In this document: piece after piece, positions 28,416 through 46,600 of the stretch
Position numbering within the stretch: the stretch's first letter is position 1
Layout of the letters: each line of letters begins with the position of its first letter
Origin: Macrostomum lignano
Taxonomy: Eukaryota
Direction: 5' to 3'
DNA: 47,379 nt
NCBI GenBank assembly: GCA_002269645.1
Contig: NIVC01004393.1
Location: 1-47,379, forward strand
Position numbers and translations under genes: made by a program
Notes under the pieces: model-generated
What the model saw: the letters and a program-made list of their open reading frames with translations, nothing else
What the model was told of the DNA's origin: nothing
Database searches by the model: none

Positions 28416-29856
28416 TTGGATTTTAGGGAACACAAGCATTGCTCACAAATATTGTATTTTAGTTTGCATATTTTATAGCGTACAGGATTATCAGATCTAT
28501 GGTTATCAAGTTCTACTCAAGTAGAATGACCGGAAAACTCGTTTCTTAGAAAATTTCAGGAGGCATAGAAAATACACTACGGAGATAGGAAGCTTTCATT
28601 TTTCGGCACAAAAATAGTTATTGCTTTTGATTGCAGGCAGACCCAAAGTTCATCTTTTGATATGCTGTGCCTTTCCTATTGCTTTATCGATATTCATAAA
28701 GCTTTTCGTTTGGAAAAGTAGAATTCAATGTTTTCATTGTACATTACAATTGTATATGTCCGTATGGACAATTAAAATGGCACGGCTCGTCTCATTGGTT
28801 TTATGGATCTATTTTATTATTCTTAGCTGACTGTGTAACAATATGTGTAACAGAGATGATGAAATAGATTCATAAAAAGAAAAAATTGAGCTGTGCCATG
28901 CATTTTTATGATTTTCAGGTACAGGAAACATAGAAACGAGGTTTCCTGTCCTTCTATTAGAGTATTCTTTTGGTTAAATACAGCCGCAACGATTGCTAAA
29001 ATTTATTTAATAAATTGCATCGATTGCAAATCAAATTTCTGAGAGTCTGCAGCGATCTCTAGAAAGTAAAAATTGCGGAAGAATAGTGAGGCTTAAGATT
29101 TCCTTGCCCCAGCAACAGTAAAATCAATAGCTGCAGAGTCCTGCCGGGGCAGTCATTGAGAGGAATGGCTCATTCAGAAAGACAGTCATAGTTGCCGCTC
29201 ACTGGCATCATCAATATTTCAACTGGCTTGCCTCCTAAGCTGCTGAGATGGGGGTTGCTAAGGAAGAGAAGAACCCAAGAGCTGCCTGGCAGATGGCGGG
29301 CCATTGTTCTAATTGCCTGCCGAGAAGCTGGAAAGGCTGTTAGTTGATGCAGGGTAGTTTAGCGACGTAGTGCAAGGCAGGTAGAAGAGGCCTGCTTATA
29401 TTTTTCCCCTATAAGTTTTCCTGGCTCTGAGATGCAATTTAAACAGACTAAAATAGACAAAAAGTAGAGCTGTGGCGGTAGCGGCCCTCCACCTGCCTAC
29501 GAGTCACAGCTGTCTACCTGTCTCAAAACGCCTCTGGAAAAAACGAACTACCCAGTGCCGAGGCTGCACTTCTTTCATTTCGGTTTGAGGATGCAGAAGA
29601 GACGCCTTGCTGGAAAGGAGCTCTTCAAGAGCCTGTGAGTGACATCGCTCGTGCTTGCTCGCGAGTAGGGCGTACCATTGAAACAAGTTTTTTACTCATT
29701 TAGTCACGCTCGTGATTCCGCTTGTAGTTCTTAATTCAAAGAGATTCATGCTGCTTACACAGGTATATTTTTTTAAAGATGCGAGAGTTGAATTCACGGT
29801 GAACCATAAGCCAAAATCTCAGCAAATAGAACAGTTGTTGAAATGTATTTTTTTGT

Positions 29857-30580
29857 TGAACTCCGCCCAGTCCTCCTCACGTCACGCTGAACTCCGCCCA
29901 GTCCTCGCTCACGTCACTCTGAACTCCGCCCAGTCCTCGCTCACGTCACTCTGAACTCCGCCCAGTCCTCGCTCACGTCACTCTGAACTCCGCCTAGTCC
30001 TCGCTCACGTCACTCTGAACTCCGCCCAGTCCTCGCTCACGTCACTCTGAACTCCGCCCAGTCCTCGCTCACGTCACTCTGAACTCCGCCCAGTCCTTGC
30101 TCACGTCACTCTGAACTCCGCCCAGTCCTCGCTCACGTCACTCTGAACTCCGCCCAGTCCTCGCTCACGTCACTCTGAACTCCGCCCAGTCCTCGCTCAC
30201 GTCACTCTGAACTCCGCCCAGTCCTCGCTCACGTCACTCTGAACTCCGCCCAGTCCTCGCTCACGTCACTCTGAACTCCGCCCAGTCCTCGCTCACGTCA
30301 CTCTGAACTCCGCCCAGTCCTCGCTCACGTCACTCTGAACTCCGCCCAGTCCTCGCTCACGTCACTCTGAACTCCGCCCAGTCCTCGCTCACGTCACGCT
30401 GAACTCCGCCCAGTCCTCGCTCACGTCACTCTGAACTCCGCCCAGTCCTCGCTCACGTCACGCTGAACTCCGCCCAGTCCTCGCTCACGTCACTCTGAAC
30501 TCCGCCCAGTCCTCGCTCACGTCACGCTGAACTCCGCCCAGTCCTCGCTCACGTCATGCTGAACTCCGCCCAGCCCTCGC
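29857..30580. repeat. 32-bp minisatellite CTGAACTCCGCCCAGTCCTCGCTCACGTCACT, about 22 units
   Basis: Near-identical units with no spacers; the rightmost unit is the coding end of the lectin gene. Confidence 0.97.
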
Positions 30581-31180
30581 CGTTCTCGATCTCCGACTCG
30601 ACCTGAGCGTTGGTGAACAGCAGCAGGCGGCACAGCTTCGACCTCCTGTTGTACAGCGCGCGTCTGCAGTTTTTGTCTCGGCCAGCCGCCGCTACGCAGC
30701 TCACAGAGCTCGGCATCCCGGTCAGGTCTTTGTAGCAGTACTCGGTGCTCGGCTTGTAGCTGGTCCGCTTGAACTCCACTCGCTTCCAGGCAGCCGGCTG
30801 CAGCTTTGCGGCAGGTCGAGTCGCCGGCCGGAACTCGCACAGGTAGCCGAAGCTTCGAGAGGCATAATGCCGTTGTCGTTGACTCGCTGCCAGCCAGATT
30901 TGGAGGTGTTTCGCTCATCGGCGAGGTCGGAGACGCCGACCCACAGGCCCCGGCTGTAGCTCCGGTAACTGAGGGAGCTGCGGCTGTTCGCCAGCTCGCC
31001 CCCGAGCGCCGCGCACTGCAGGTTGGCCTCGCACCAGGAGTAGCTTTGGTTATTGTTCTTGTAGAGACACTTTCTGGCCGAGCTGCTAAACGGACTCGGA
31101 CAGAGCAGCTGACCGCGGACTGAGCACAGCAGCATCAATACAGTGAGGGCACTCGAGTCCATCTGCATCCTGGGCACCAT
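30549..31180 (-). CDS. Secreted C-type-lectin-like domain plus PAN/apple-like domain protein, one frameshift near 30855
   Basis: Signal peptide (SALTVLMLLCSVRG). CTLD elements CPSPF..KCLY..SWCEANLQCAALGGELA..LWVGVSD..GW..FGYLCE, then YCY..SC....C...YN....LCRL; TGA at 30551-30549. Confidence 0.75.
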
Positions 31181-31423
31181 TCCCAAACTCTCGCTAAGCC
31201 AGCCTGCTTTTTAAATCGAAGCTCATTAAAATTTTTGTGGCAGGTGTCTTGTATCCCAAGACGTTTTTATAGATTTCGAGTGGGATGCAGCTAGCCGACT
31301 GTGTGTCAAAAAATGTGTCGAAGCAATCTGCTTTAATTAGAAGGGTTGAAACCCAGTCAGAAGTCTAGCATTACATATAGGCCTAACCATGGCGGCTCCG
31401 ATGCAAAATGCCTCAGCGAGTTT

Positions 31424-32148
31424 CTGACAGATTCTCTACACAGATGCTGACAGATGCTGACAGATGCTGACAGATTCTCTACACAGATGCTGACAGATTC
31501 TCTACACAGATGCTGACAGATGCTGACAGATGCTGACAGATTCTCTACACAGATGCTGACAGATGCTGACAGATGCTGACAGATTCTCTTGACAGATGCT
31601 GACAGATTCTCCTGACAGATGCTGACAGATTCTGACAGATGCTGACAGATGCTGACAGATTCTCCTGACAGATGCTGACACATTCTCTACACAGATGCTG
31701 ACACATTCTCTACACAGATGCTGACATATTCTCTACACAGATGCTGACAGATGCTGACAGATTCTCTGGACAGATGCTGACAGATTCTTTAAACAAATGC
31801 TGACAGATTCTCCTGACAGATGCTGACAGATTCTCCTGACAGATGCTGACAGAATCTCTTAACAGATGCTGACAGAATCTCTTAACAGATGCTGACAGAA
31901 TCTCTTAACGGATGCTGACACATTCTCTTGACAAATGCTGACAGATGCTGACAGATGCTGACAGATTCTGACAAATGCTGACACATTCTCTTGACAAATG
32001 CTGACAGATGCTGACAGATGCTGACAGATTCTGACAGATGCTGACAGATGCTGACAGATTCTGACAGATGCTGACAGATGCTGACAGATGCTGACAGATT
32101 CTGACAGATGCTGACAGATGCTGACAGATTCTGACAGATGCTGACAGA
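31424..32148. repeat. GATGCTGACA-based minisatellite with ATTCTCT(ACAC) variant units
   Basis: Read directly. Confidence 0.95.
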
Positions 32149-32552
32149 CCAGCTACCAGTTCAAGCAAGCATTCGACATTACATTTTTGTGTGTGTGATA
32201 CGTCAGTAAGTTGTGTGTGGGCTTGGGAGCTGTGATCCTCTCCAAAGTGTCTGCATTGTAAAAGCCCTTTGAGCTAGCATAGTCCACAAGGCACCTTACT
32301 TGTAGGCAATAAACTAGAGCTCAAATTAATTAATTAAGGGCAATCACATCACTCTGGTTGAGCAGTCTTTTACACCACCCGTGAGAATTGCGGTTTAATT
32401 AATAAACTTTGTCAAAACAGTCTGTTAAATACTATATAAGGACTGGAAGCAGGTTATGGCTATTAAGATAGAATAGATTTGCAGAGCATCAGTTCAGAAC
32501 TTCATGTGAATTTTTTTATATTTTAAATCTGGCATACTAAACACAGCGCAGG

Positions 32553-32566
32553 GCTGTCATGGAAAC
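32553..32566. promoter_or_regulatory. Candidate RFX X-box GCTGTC-AT-GGAAAC upstream of the ANKAR-like gene
   Basis: Perfect 3' half-site, two mismatches in the 5' half; 9 nt before a likely 5'-UTR donor aag|gtgagc (32576). Confidence 0.4.
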
Positions 32567-32660
32567 CAGACTAAGGTGAGCCCGTTCCAGTCCTGAGAAC
32601 AGGAAACAAAGTTTTATGGCTAAGGTTGAACTCGGTTGGCTATTAGATGTATCTGCCTTG

Positions 32661-32982
32661 TCTTTAGGTACATGCATGTGTCTATATGTACATTTTTATA
32701 TCTATAGGTATATTTATGTGTCTAGAGGTACATGAATGTGTCTACAGGTAGATGAATGTGTCTATATGTACATGAATATATCTATAGGTATATGTATGTG
32801 TTTATAGGTACATTTATGTGTCCATAGGTACATGTGTGTGTCTATAAGTACATGAATGTGTATATAAGTACATGAATGTGTCTATAGGTACATTTATGTG
32901 TCCATAGGTACATGTGTGTGTCTATAAGTACATGAATGTGTCTATAAGTACATAAATGTGTATATAAGTACAAGAATGTGTC
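32661..32982. repeat. AT-rich imperfect 20-bp repeat (TCTATAGGTACATGAATGTG)
   Basis: Read directly; lies in the inferred 5'-UTR intron 32576-33007. Confidence 0.88.
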
Positions 32983-33036
32983 GACTGGTTATTGTGTTAT
33001 TGGATAGAGCCATTGAACCGTGAGGTGGGAACTATA

Positions 33037-39573
<6,537 letters not shown>

Positions 39574-40205
39574 GAGCTCTACAGACTTTAATAATGTTAA
39601 TATAATTAATCCTCTTTTTGCCCCCTGTTTTTCCTTGTATCCTAGTATCGCTAATCCGGAATGCGAAACCCTTAAAATCCTCAATCAATTTGCCCTGATC
39701 CGTCATATATATGTAAGTGCAAAATGCCACAATCAAAAAAATTTATTACCTTAACTTTTCGATTCAACTACTGTTGTACCCGGCGTGTGTAAAAATACCC
39801 CGTAGACTTCTGCTCAATCAGATTGCATGCTTGCTTGCAGTCGACTCTGAGAGAGTTCTCGAAGCGATAAACCGAGCACCCCTGCGCGGTCTAAATGTGC
39901 TCACGTAGATAGCGGCATTTTAGGTAAATCTTTGTACAGCTGGTCTTCTGTTCTTATCAGCACGGCGAACTGAGAATCTGAGATGGTGGCTTCGGCAGAA
40001 TTTATAGGGTCATGCAGCGGCAGCCGAGTGTTGCTAAACCTGTCTGCAAGAAATATTTTGAGTTTAAGCTTATTTATGTGCGCCGTAATGCATTCAAAGT
40101 CTGCGGCGATACTTGACTAATAAAGCTGTGAATATAGAAGTCAGTTGAAACAAGAATGGTAAGTTACTATACTGCAATCACTTTCGTTGTGTTTTAACCA
40201 TGCCT

Positions 40206-40408
40206 TGTCTCTTGGTGAGCCTCACTGTCTCTTGGTGAGCCTCACTGTCTATTGGTGAGCGTCACTGTATATTGGTGAGCGTCACTGTATATTGGTGAGC
40301 GTCACTGTACATTAGTGAGCGTCACCTGTCTATTGGTGAGCGTCACCTGTCTATTGGTGAGTTTCACTGTATATTGTGAGCGTCACCTGTCTTTTGGTCA
40401 CCTGTCTA
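40206..40408. repeat. About 20-bp minisatellite TTGGTGAGCGTCACTGTATA
   Basis: About 10 diverging units. Confidence 0.9.
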
Positions 40409-40530
40409 GCGTCATCATTATGAGTCGCTATGACAGAAAATTTCATCAAGATGCTCTTTCAGATGTTATCTACGAGCTATAAGACTGTATTGGACACTTC
40501 AGTTCAAGTGCTTTCGCGTAACAAAATTTA

Positions 40531-40799
40531 CGTATCCAATAGAAACCTGGACGTTTTCAACACGTATTTTAGGTCGTAGGAACGCCCTTGAGACGCATTC
40601 GATGCATTCATGATCCTCCAAGAAGCTGGTTTCTACAAAAATGATGCATAAATATAAAATAATAATAGAATCAATACTTATTCACCATTTTTGTAGAAAC
40701 CAGCTTCTTGGAAGATAATAAATGCATTGGATGCGTCTTAGGGGCGTTCCAATGACCAAAAAATACGTATTGAAGACGTCCAACTTTTTATTGAATACG
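40531..40799. mobile_element. Foldback MITE with about 115-bp imperfect inverted arms, TA-flanked (Tc1/mariner-like)
   Basis: TA|CGTATCC...GAATACG|TA. The arms share TCCAAGAAGCTGGTTTCTACAAAAATG perfectly, around a spacer of about 35 bp. Confidence 0.75.
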
Positions 40800-40882
40800 T
40801 ATTTTTTATAGCTACGAGCACCAACGCTTGAGCAGACTACTAAACTGGTGTGAATAAAAAAGCGTTAATCTTTCCTGGAGTA

Positions 40883-42704
40883 ATGCTCAACAAATCAATC
40901 CCAACGTTCTCCTCAACACAGTCGCTGGGCTGCCAGGTGTTGCACAGGCTCACTAGACGAGCAACGTTTGTCGCTGCCGTCGGCTGCATGCTGCTCGTCA
41001 TAATTCTGTTCTCCGCGCTCAAACTGACCCGGCGAACCGAGCCGCGGGTGGTCGATCTGGAACTCTCACGGAGAATCGCTGAACAGCTGCGACCGGACCA
41101 GGACGATCTGGCCGCCATCGGGCAGCACGTGTTCAGCGCCTACTTTGACACCCGAGCTACGCTTGGAAATCGAAAATACGTCCGCATCGTAGCCGTGCTG
41201 GATATCAAAGCCTATGAGAGTGACTTTATTTGCCAGTTTCTGCACGAGTCCGGCCGCATGTCGTTTAGCACGGTTGCCAGAAAGTCGGCAATCGGAGCTG
41301 GCATGGGGTACAACAATCACTACTATAAGGAGTTCGTGCTGTCCTGTCCAATCGGTAATGACACCAGATCTGCCACCTTTGTCTTTGTTCAGACTGGAGA
41401 CGCCGCTCAGCGATCGCAGGTGCTGCGGGTCAGACACAATCCGCTGTCTCTGGGAAAGCAGCCAGCTGATCAGCAACAAATCATCAACTGCGTGTCCGTG
41501 ACGTTTGGCAATCCAAACGAGCACCGGCTGATTGAATGGCTGGAAGCCCAGCGCCTACTCAAAATGGACAAAGTCGAACTGCATTTCTATCATGTATTGA
41601 ACAAAAACTTTGAAGCCGTGGCCCAGTCTTACAGCGCCGAAGGCTTTTTGAACGTGAGAAAAATCGGCTGCCCGTTTTGCGATCCGGCGGACAGCGATTT
41701 AAAGCTGCTGCTGATGTCTCCCGCCATCAACCAGTGCCTCTACGAGGTGAGGATTCTTTAGAATAAAGATCAGAGTTTTACTCTTTAGGTTTGGATTTTT
41801 TGAATGCGCGGCCACCCATGCATCTGGGGCTTGTTCACAGGTTGTAGAGTAGAGTAGCCTCAGATTGTGGGCCGATTTCGCCGAAGGAGTTGTGCCAGTG
41901 TCTGCAACCCTCCTGGGTATATTTATTGATACCTCGTGAGTTTCGGGCCCACTGTTAACTAGCTTCACTGGTTTGTAGACTTTGTGATTCCGTAATTATA
42001 CAATACAATTAAGATTGAAAGTATGGCCACTGAAACCTGCCAGTAGTGAGATACGAAAACGCACTAATCGGAAAAACTACCAACTCCAAATTTGCCCGAG
42101 TACACAAACTAAATGTACGTGCAAAAGGTACCGGAGACAGGCGACAGAGGCCATGAACTTGTCCGCAAAACAAAACTTGAATGCGCATTTTCAGAACCTG
42201 GGCGGTTACAAGTACACGGCAGTGTTCGACCTCGACGAGATCATCGTGCCGCAGCAGCACCCCGACTATCCCTCCATGCTGGCAGCCTTGGAGAAGGTCA
42301 GCACCAGCTCGTTCGCCTTCAGAAACTGGTACCACTTCAACGAGCTCGGAGAGGACTCGACAGTGGATTCCAGGATGCACATGCTGCGACATCCCTACCG
42401 AACGAAAGAGGAGAGCCAGATTGGCTATTCGGCAAAGTCAATCCACAGATCCTGCTGCGTCGTGGCGCTGCAAAATCACTTCAGCTGGGAGGACGCCCCC
42501 AAGCCGAACACGAGGATGAGCATCTACCACGTGGCTGTGGACATCGGGGTCAACGAGCACTATAAAAAGTGCCACTTTTATCCGAACGAGTGCAAAGCCA
42601 TGACCGCAGTGAAAGATCGAAAGGACGGTTCCAGGCTGAAAAAGCTGATTGGGAAAAGGCTGAAGGCTGAATTTCGAAGCAAGGAGCGCCAAGTTTTTAG
42701 TTGA
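40883..42704 (+). CDS. Glycosyltransferase family 92 (DUF23-type), type II membrane protein, 457 aa
   Basis: Exons 40883-41746 and 42195-42704 (phase 0, GT-AG). N-terminal TM segment; AYFDTR, CVSVTFG, LIEWLEAQRLL, INQCLY, FDLDEIIVP (DxD) and HY..C motifs. Confidence 0.85.
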
Positions 42705-43675
42705 TGAAATGAAATTTGACCAGTAGTTTACGAAGGTGCAGAGCAGTTTTCTATTGTAGATACGAGCGTATTATTAGTCATCTTTTCATTTCATCACTTT
42801 GCTAAATATTATTGATCATTTCTCTGTAATAAAAGTTATTTTCAGATGTAGCAATCATGTCTAGCTTCAAGTTGCCCCGATAGACTTTTCTCAATCCATA
42901 ACGGTGTCATGTCATCCAATTACGACTAGAGAATCGTATCAAAATACTAGCGGTTAATTATGATTAGAAGCAATCAATAAACGTGTAAATAAATTGAAGG
43001 CTGCAAAATTTTCGACTAAACTGAATATGTTTGCAATATTTATTAACAATAAAGCAAAAATGCTAAAAAATGAGTTTTATAACCGTCAATCAAAACACTA
43101 AAAATAGAAGTTCCATGCTAAAAAATCTATGGCTCAAAGTCTTATTAATAATCATCTTTTCTAACTACCTGTGGCCCCAATCGCAGGAATCCACTTCTTT
43201 ATTTAGACAATCAGTTTAAAAAAAAATATTTTGGAAACAGAAATACTGCTCAACAACCAACGAAGCTATGAGCTTAGCAATTTGTTTCTTAGCGCCGAAG
43301 AATTAACGTGCAACAGGTGAGACGATTTGGCTCAATGCTTTGGTTTGGTTTTTATAGCCATATGGACATGGGTTCAAGGTAGATAGACACAGAAAGATGG
43401 CTTTCTAGAATCAATTCTGATACCAGTCATACTACATTATACACTATCATAATGCTTTCAAGTCTAATTGCTAGTTGTCATTGAATTGTATGAAAATAAC
43501 TTTCCTAATATATTGACTTTTCAACTATTCAAGTGTAAGTTCAAGGTCGGTCTTCAGACAACGTAGGAATTAGCGGCTCGAAGTATTTCTTGAATGCGAT
43601 CTCGTACTCGTAGAGAGCCACAAATCTCGTTTCACTCCAGGCTTACCATTTAAGTGTGCACGCCAAGAAATTGCG

Positions 43676-46600
43676 ATGAAAAATCAATTTCTGTACCTGC
43701 TCCTTCTCCTGCTGAGACTAAAATTGAGCCATCTACCTTGGATCCTGCTGGTGTGCCTAGCTTCCGTGTCAAATATTTTTCTGTTCTCGATAATTACCAA
43801 CTGGATGGGCATCGGAGCCCAGATTGTCTCCTACATGACAGCCAACGAGTTTACGGCAAACAGTTTACTCTTAGTAGACAAGTACTCGCATCCGGAATCG
43901 GCAAGGGCCCTAATGGATGCCATTATTTACAGGGAGGTAATTGCGCGCAGCAGAGTCGAGCAGATGCTCGTGTCGTGCGAGACTCGGAGCCGCTGCTCTG
44001 AGACGGCATTTCGGCTGCAATACGGCAGAAGTTACACCAATAGGCACACGTCCTACATAGACTACGGCACTGGCAATACGCTTCCGACCGTCAGATGTCA
44101 GGTGTCTCGGGGAGCCGAGCTTCAATGCCCCTTCCTTAATCACCTGGTGGCGACCTCACTGAAGCCGAAGCTGCACCATTCGGGCTACACGTTTGGCAGG
44201 GCGGAGTTTTTCAGCATCAAGGCGGCAGACAATAAGTGGATTAGACAGCCCTCAAACACTTTTTGTGGAAAGCACGGCAACTTCAAGGGCGTCATTGAAT
44301 TGACGGCACTTTTCCAATCTATGCTGCTCATCTGCTCGGGTTTCTCTACTTCCTTTTGAGCACAATCAGGTGCATTGCGGACTTGAAAAAGAACGGCTTT
44401 CTACGGATCATGTTTCAAAAAGGCCTATCCGTAAACGCGTTTTGGTCAGCCATGTGGTTGATTACCTTGACTGAAGCGCTGATAACGGCTGTGCTGATGG
44501 TCACCTCCTTCACTGCGCATTGTCCGAATTTCTATCGCGCCTAACTCAATGATCGCTATATTTTTTGTGACGATGGCGCAGTTGTTCTGTATTGCCGCAT
44601 TGGGATTCCTGCTGAGCGTACTGCTATACAGCTTATTTAATATCGGCCTAGTGCTGGCACTGATTGCAATATTCTCCTGCGTTATAGTAATAATTAACTA
44701 CCTGCTGCCTCCCTCTGTGGGACTTTGGCCAAGGTCCTCCTGCTGCTACTGCTAGGACCGATGGGACACTTTGGCGAGTTTTTGACCGCCCACTTAATGT
44801 CTTCTACTATCGCTGACAGCGTGACAGTCTATCACAACTGGGTGTTGGCTGTAAGCATCCTGTTTCCGGCGCTAGTCGTTGGTGCAACCGTATACTTAGA
44901 CTTTGTGATGGCCTCGGGAAATGGATACCGGCTGCAATGTGGCTACATCTTTGACAGACGATTCTGGGTACAAGAGTCAACAGAGCCTATCACCGAGCAT
45001 CTCGAAGATTTTCTGACCGACTCGCCGAATATTGAGCCAATCGCTGAAGGTCAGCGGCCAATTGTCCAGATCATCCAGGCTAGCAAGCGCTTTAAAAACA
45101 GAGCGCACTGCTTTTGCAAAGAAAGATCCAAGACAATAGTAGCTCTAAACAACGTTTCAGGTAAGTGAAACGTAAGTTCTGTTTATGTAAGGGATGAATA
45201 TAAGGAGCGGTCCTGGACCAGAAACACCAATGGTGCCCCATGGATACGAAGAAGTAAAAGGGAAAGGAAGTGAAGGAAGGCAAAGTGAGAGAACGGAAGG
45301 AGAACAAGACAAGGATAAGAGAAGTCTAAAAAACTAATCAAGGTAGTCTTTGAGACACCTGGCTCTTAAAAATGGATGGCTTGATGCCAGGATTAACCGC
45401 TTCTGTTGCTCTGCTCTAGAGAAAGGAAGCTTAAAGGAGAAGCTGTTTGTTGATAGAACGGAGAGCACAGTGCGACTGTGGAGCAAAAGGAGGGAGGAGC
45501 TGCTGAAGTTCGCTGAAGCCTTGACCCCCGCAGAAGTCTATGAACAAAAGCAAGTCCTAAGGCTATATGGAACCTTGAAAGAGTTACCAATGATCACTGG
45601 CAGATCCCATACGCACTGAACAACCAAGTAATGGTTGGCATCAAGTAATTTAACTGGATTAGAAATTAGAAATATTGAGGAAAAAGAAGCAGGTGGGAAA
45701 TCACAGGAATCCCTCTTGCTACTAACGACTTTTTGCTCACATTTATTAGGATAAAACTTGATTTTCAGTCTAAACCCAATTTATGGTTTTTCAAGATCTG
45801 TGTTCAACTGTGAATAATTTACTAGTAATAGTTCTTTAAAAAGCTTAAAAAGCTACATTTACATTGTAGGTTGCATCTACGAGCACCAAATCACAGCAAT
45901 CGTTGGACACAACGGCTCAGGAAAGACAACGTTATTGAATATATTAAGCGGCACTGATGTTCCAACAGAGGGGCACGTTTCTGTCGACGGCCTTCTGGTC
46001 AGCAACCCAATCAACAGAATTAAGTTGCACAAGATTGTTAGCGTGTGTCCGCAGGAGAACTCCTTATGTAACTCGCTAACTGTACTGCAGACGCTTGAGC
46101 TGGCTCGCGTCAGCTGCCAAAACTTGGAGATTTCTGATGAAGCAATCGATAAGCTGCTGGACGCGACGCGACTAAATTTCAAGAAGACTGTTTGCGTTGA
46201 GAATCTCAGCAACGGCATGAGGCGCAAGCTGTGCACCGCTGTGGCTCTCGTTGGAGATGCCAAGGTGCTACTGCTGGACGAGCCAACCAGCGGTGTCGAC
46301 GCGCTGTCCAAACGATTGATTTGGAAGCTGCTGCAGGAATACAAGACTAAGTGTTCATAATTCTGAGTACACAGGCGATGGACGACGCGGACATCCTGGC
46401 GGATCGCAAGATGTTTTTGTCCGGGGAGCCCTGATTTTGCGCCGGGTCGTCCACTTTCTAAAGAGCGCGTTCGACTGCGGCTTTGAATTCAATGTCACGC
46501 TTAAATCGGAAACTTACGCCTCCACTTTTAGTAAAGCAAATTGTGCACGACTTTCAGATCTGTCCGTGTGAGAAGCCAGTTTCACAGAAGTCTGCGGTTT

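Noticed and set aside
29857-30580. CRISPR-like array (32-bp period); also the 30-, 21- and 20-bp arrays
   Set aside because: Units are head-to-tail with no unique spacers, there are no cas genes, and the context is eukaryotic.
45350-45619. 89-aa ORF in ABCA-3 intron 1
   Set aside because: TTG start, no motif, and inside the probable solo LTR.
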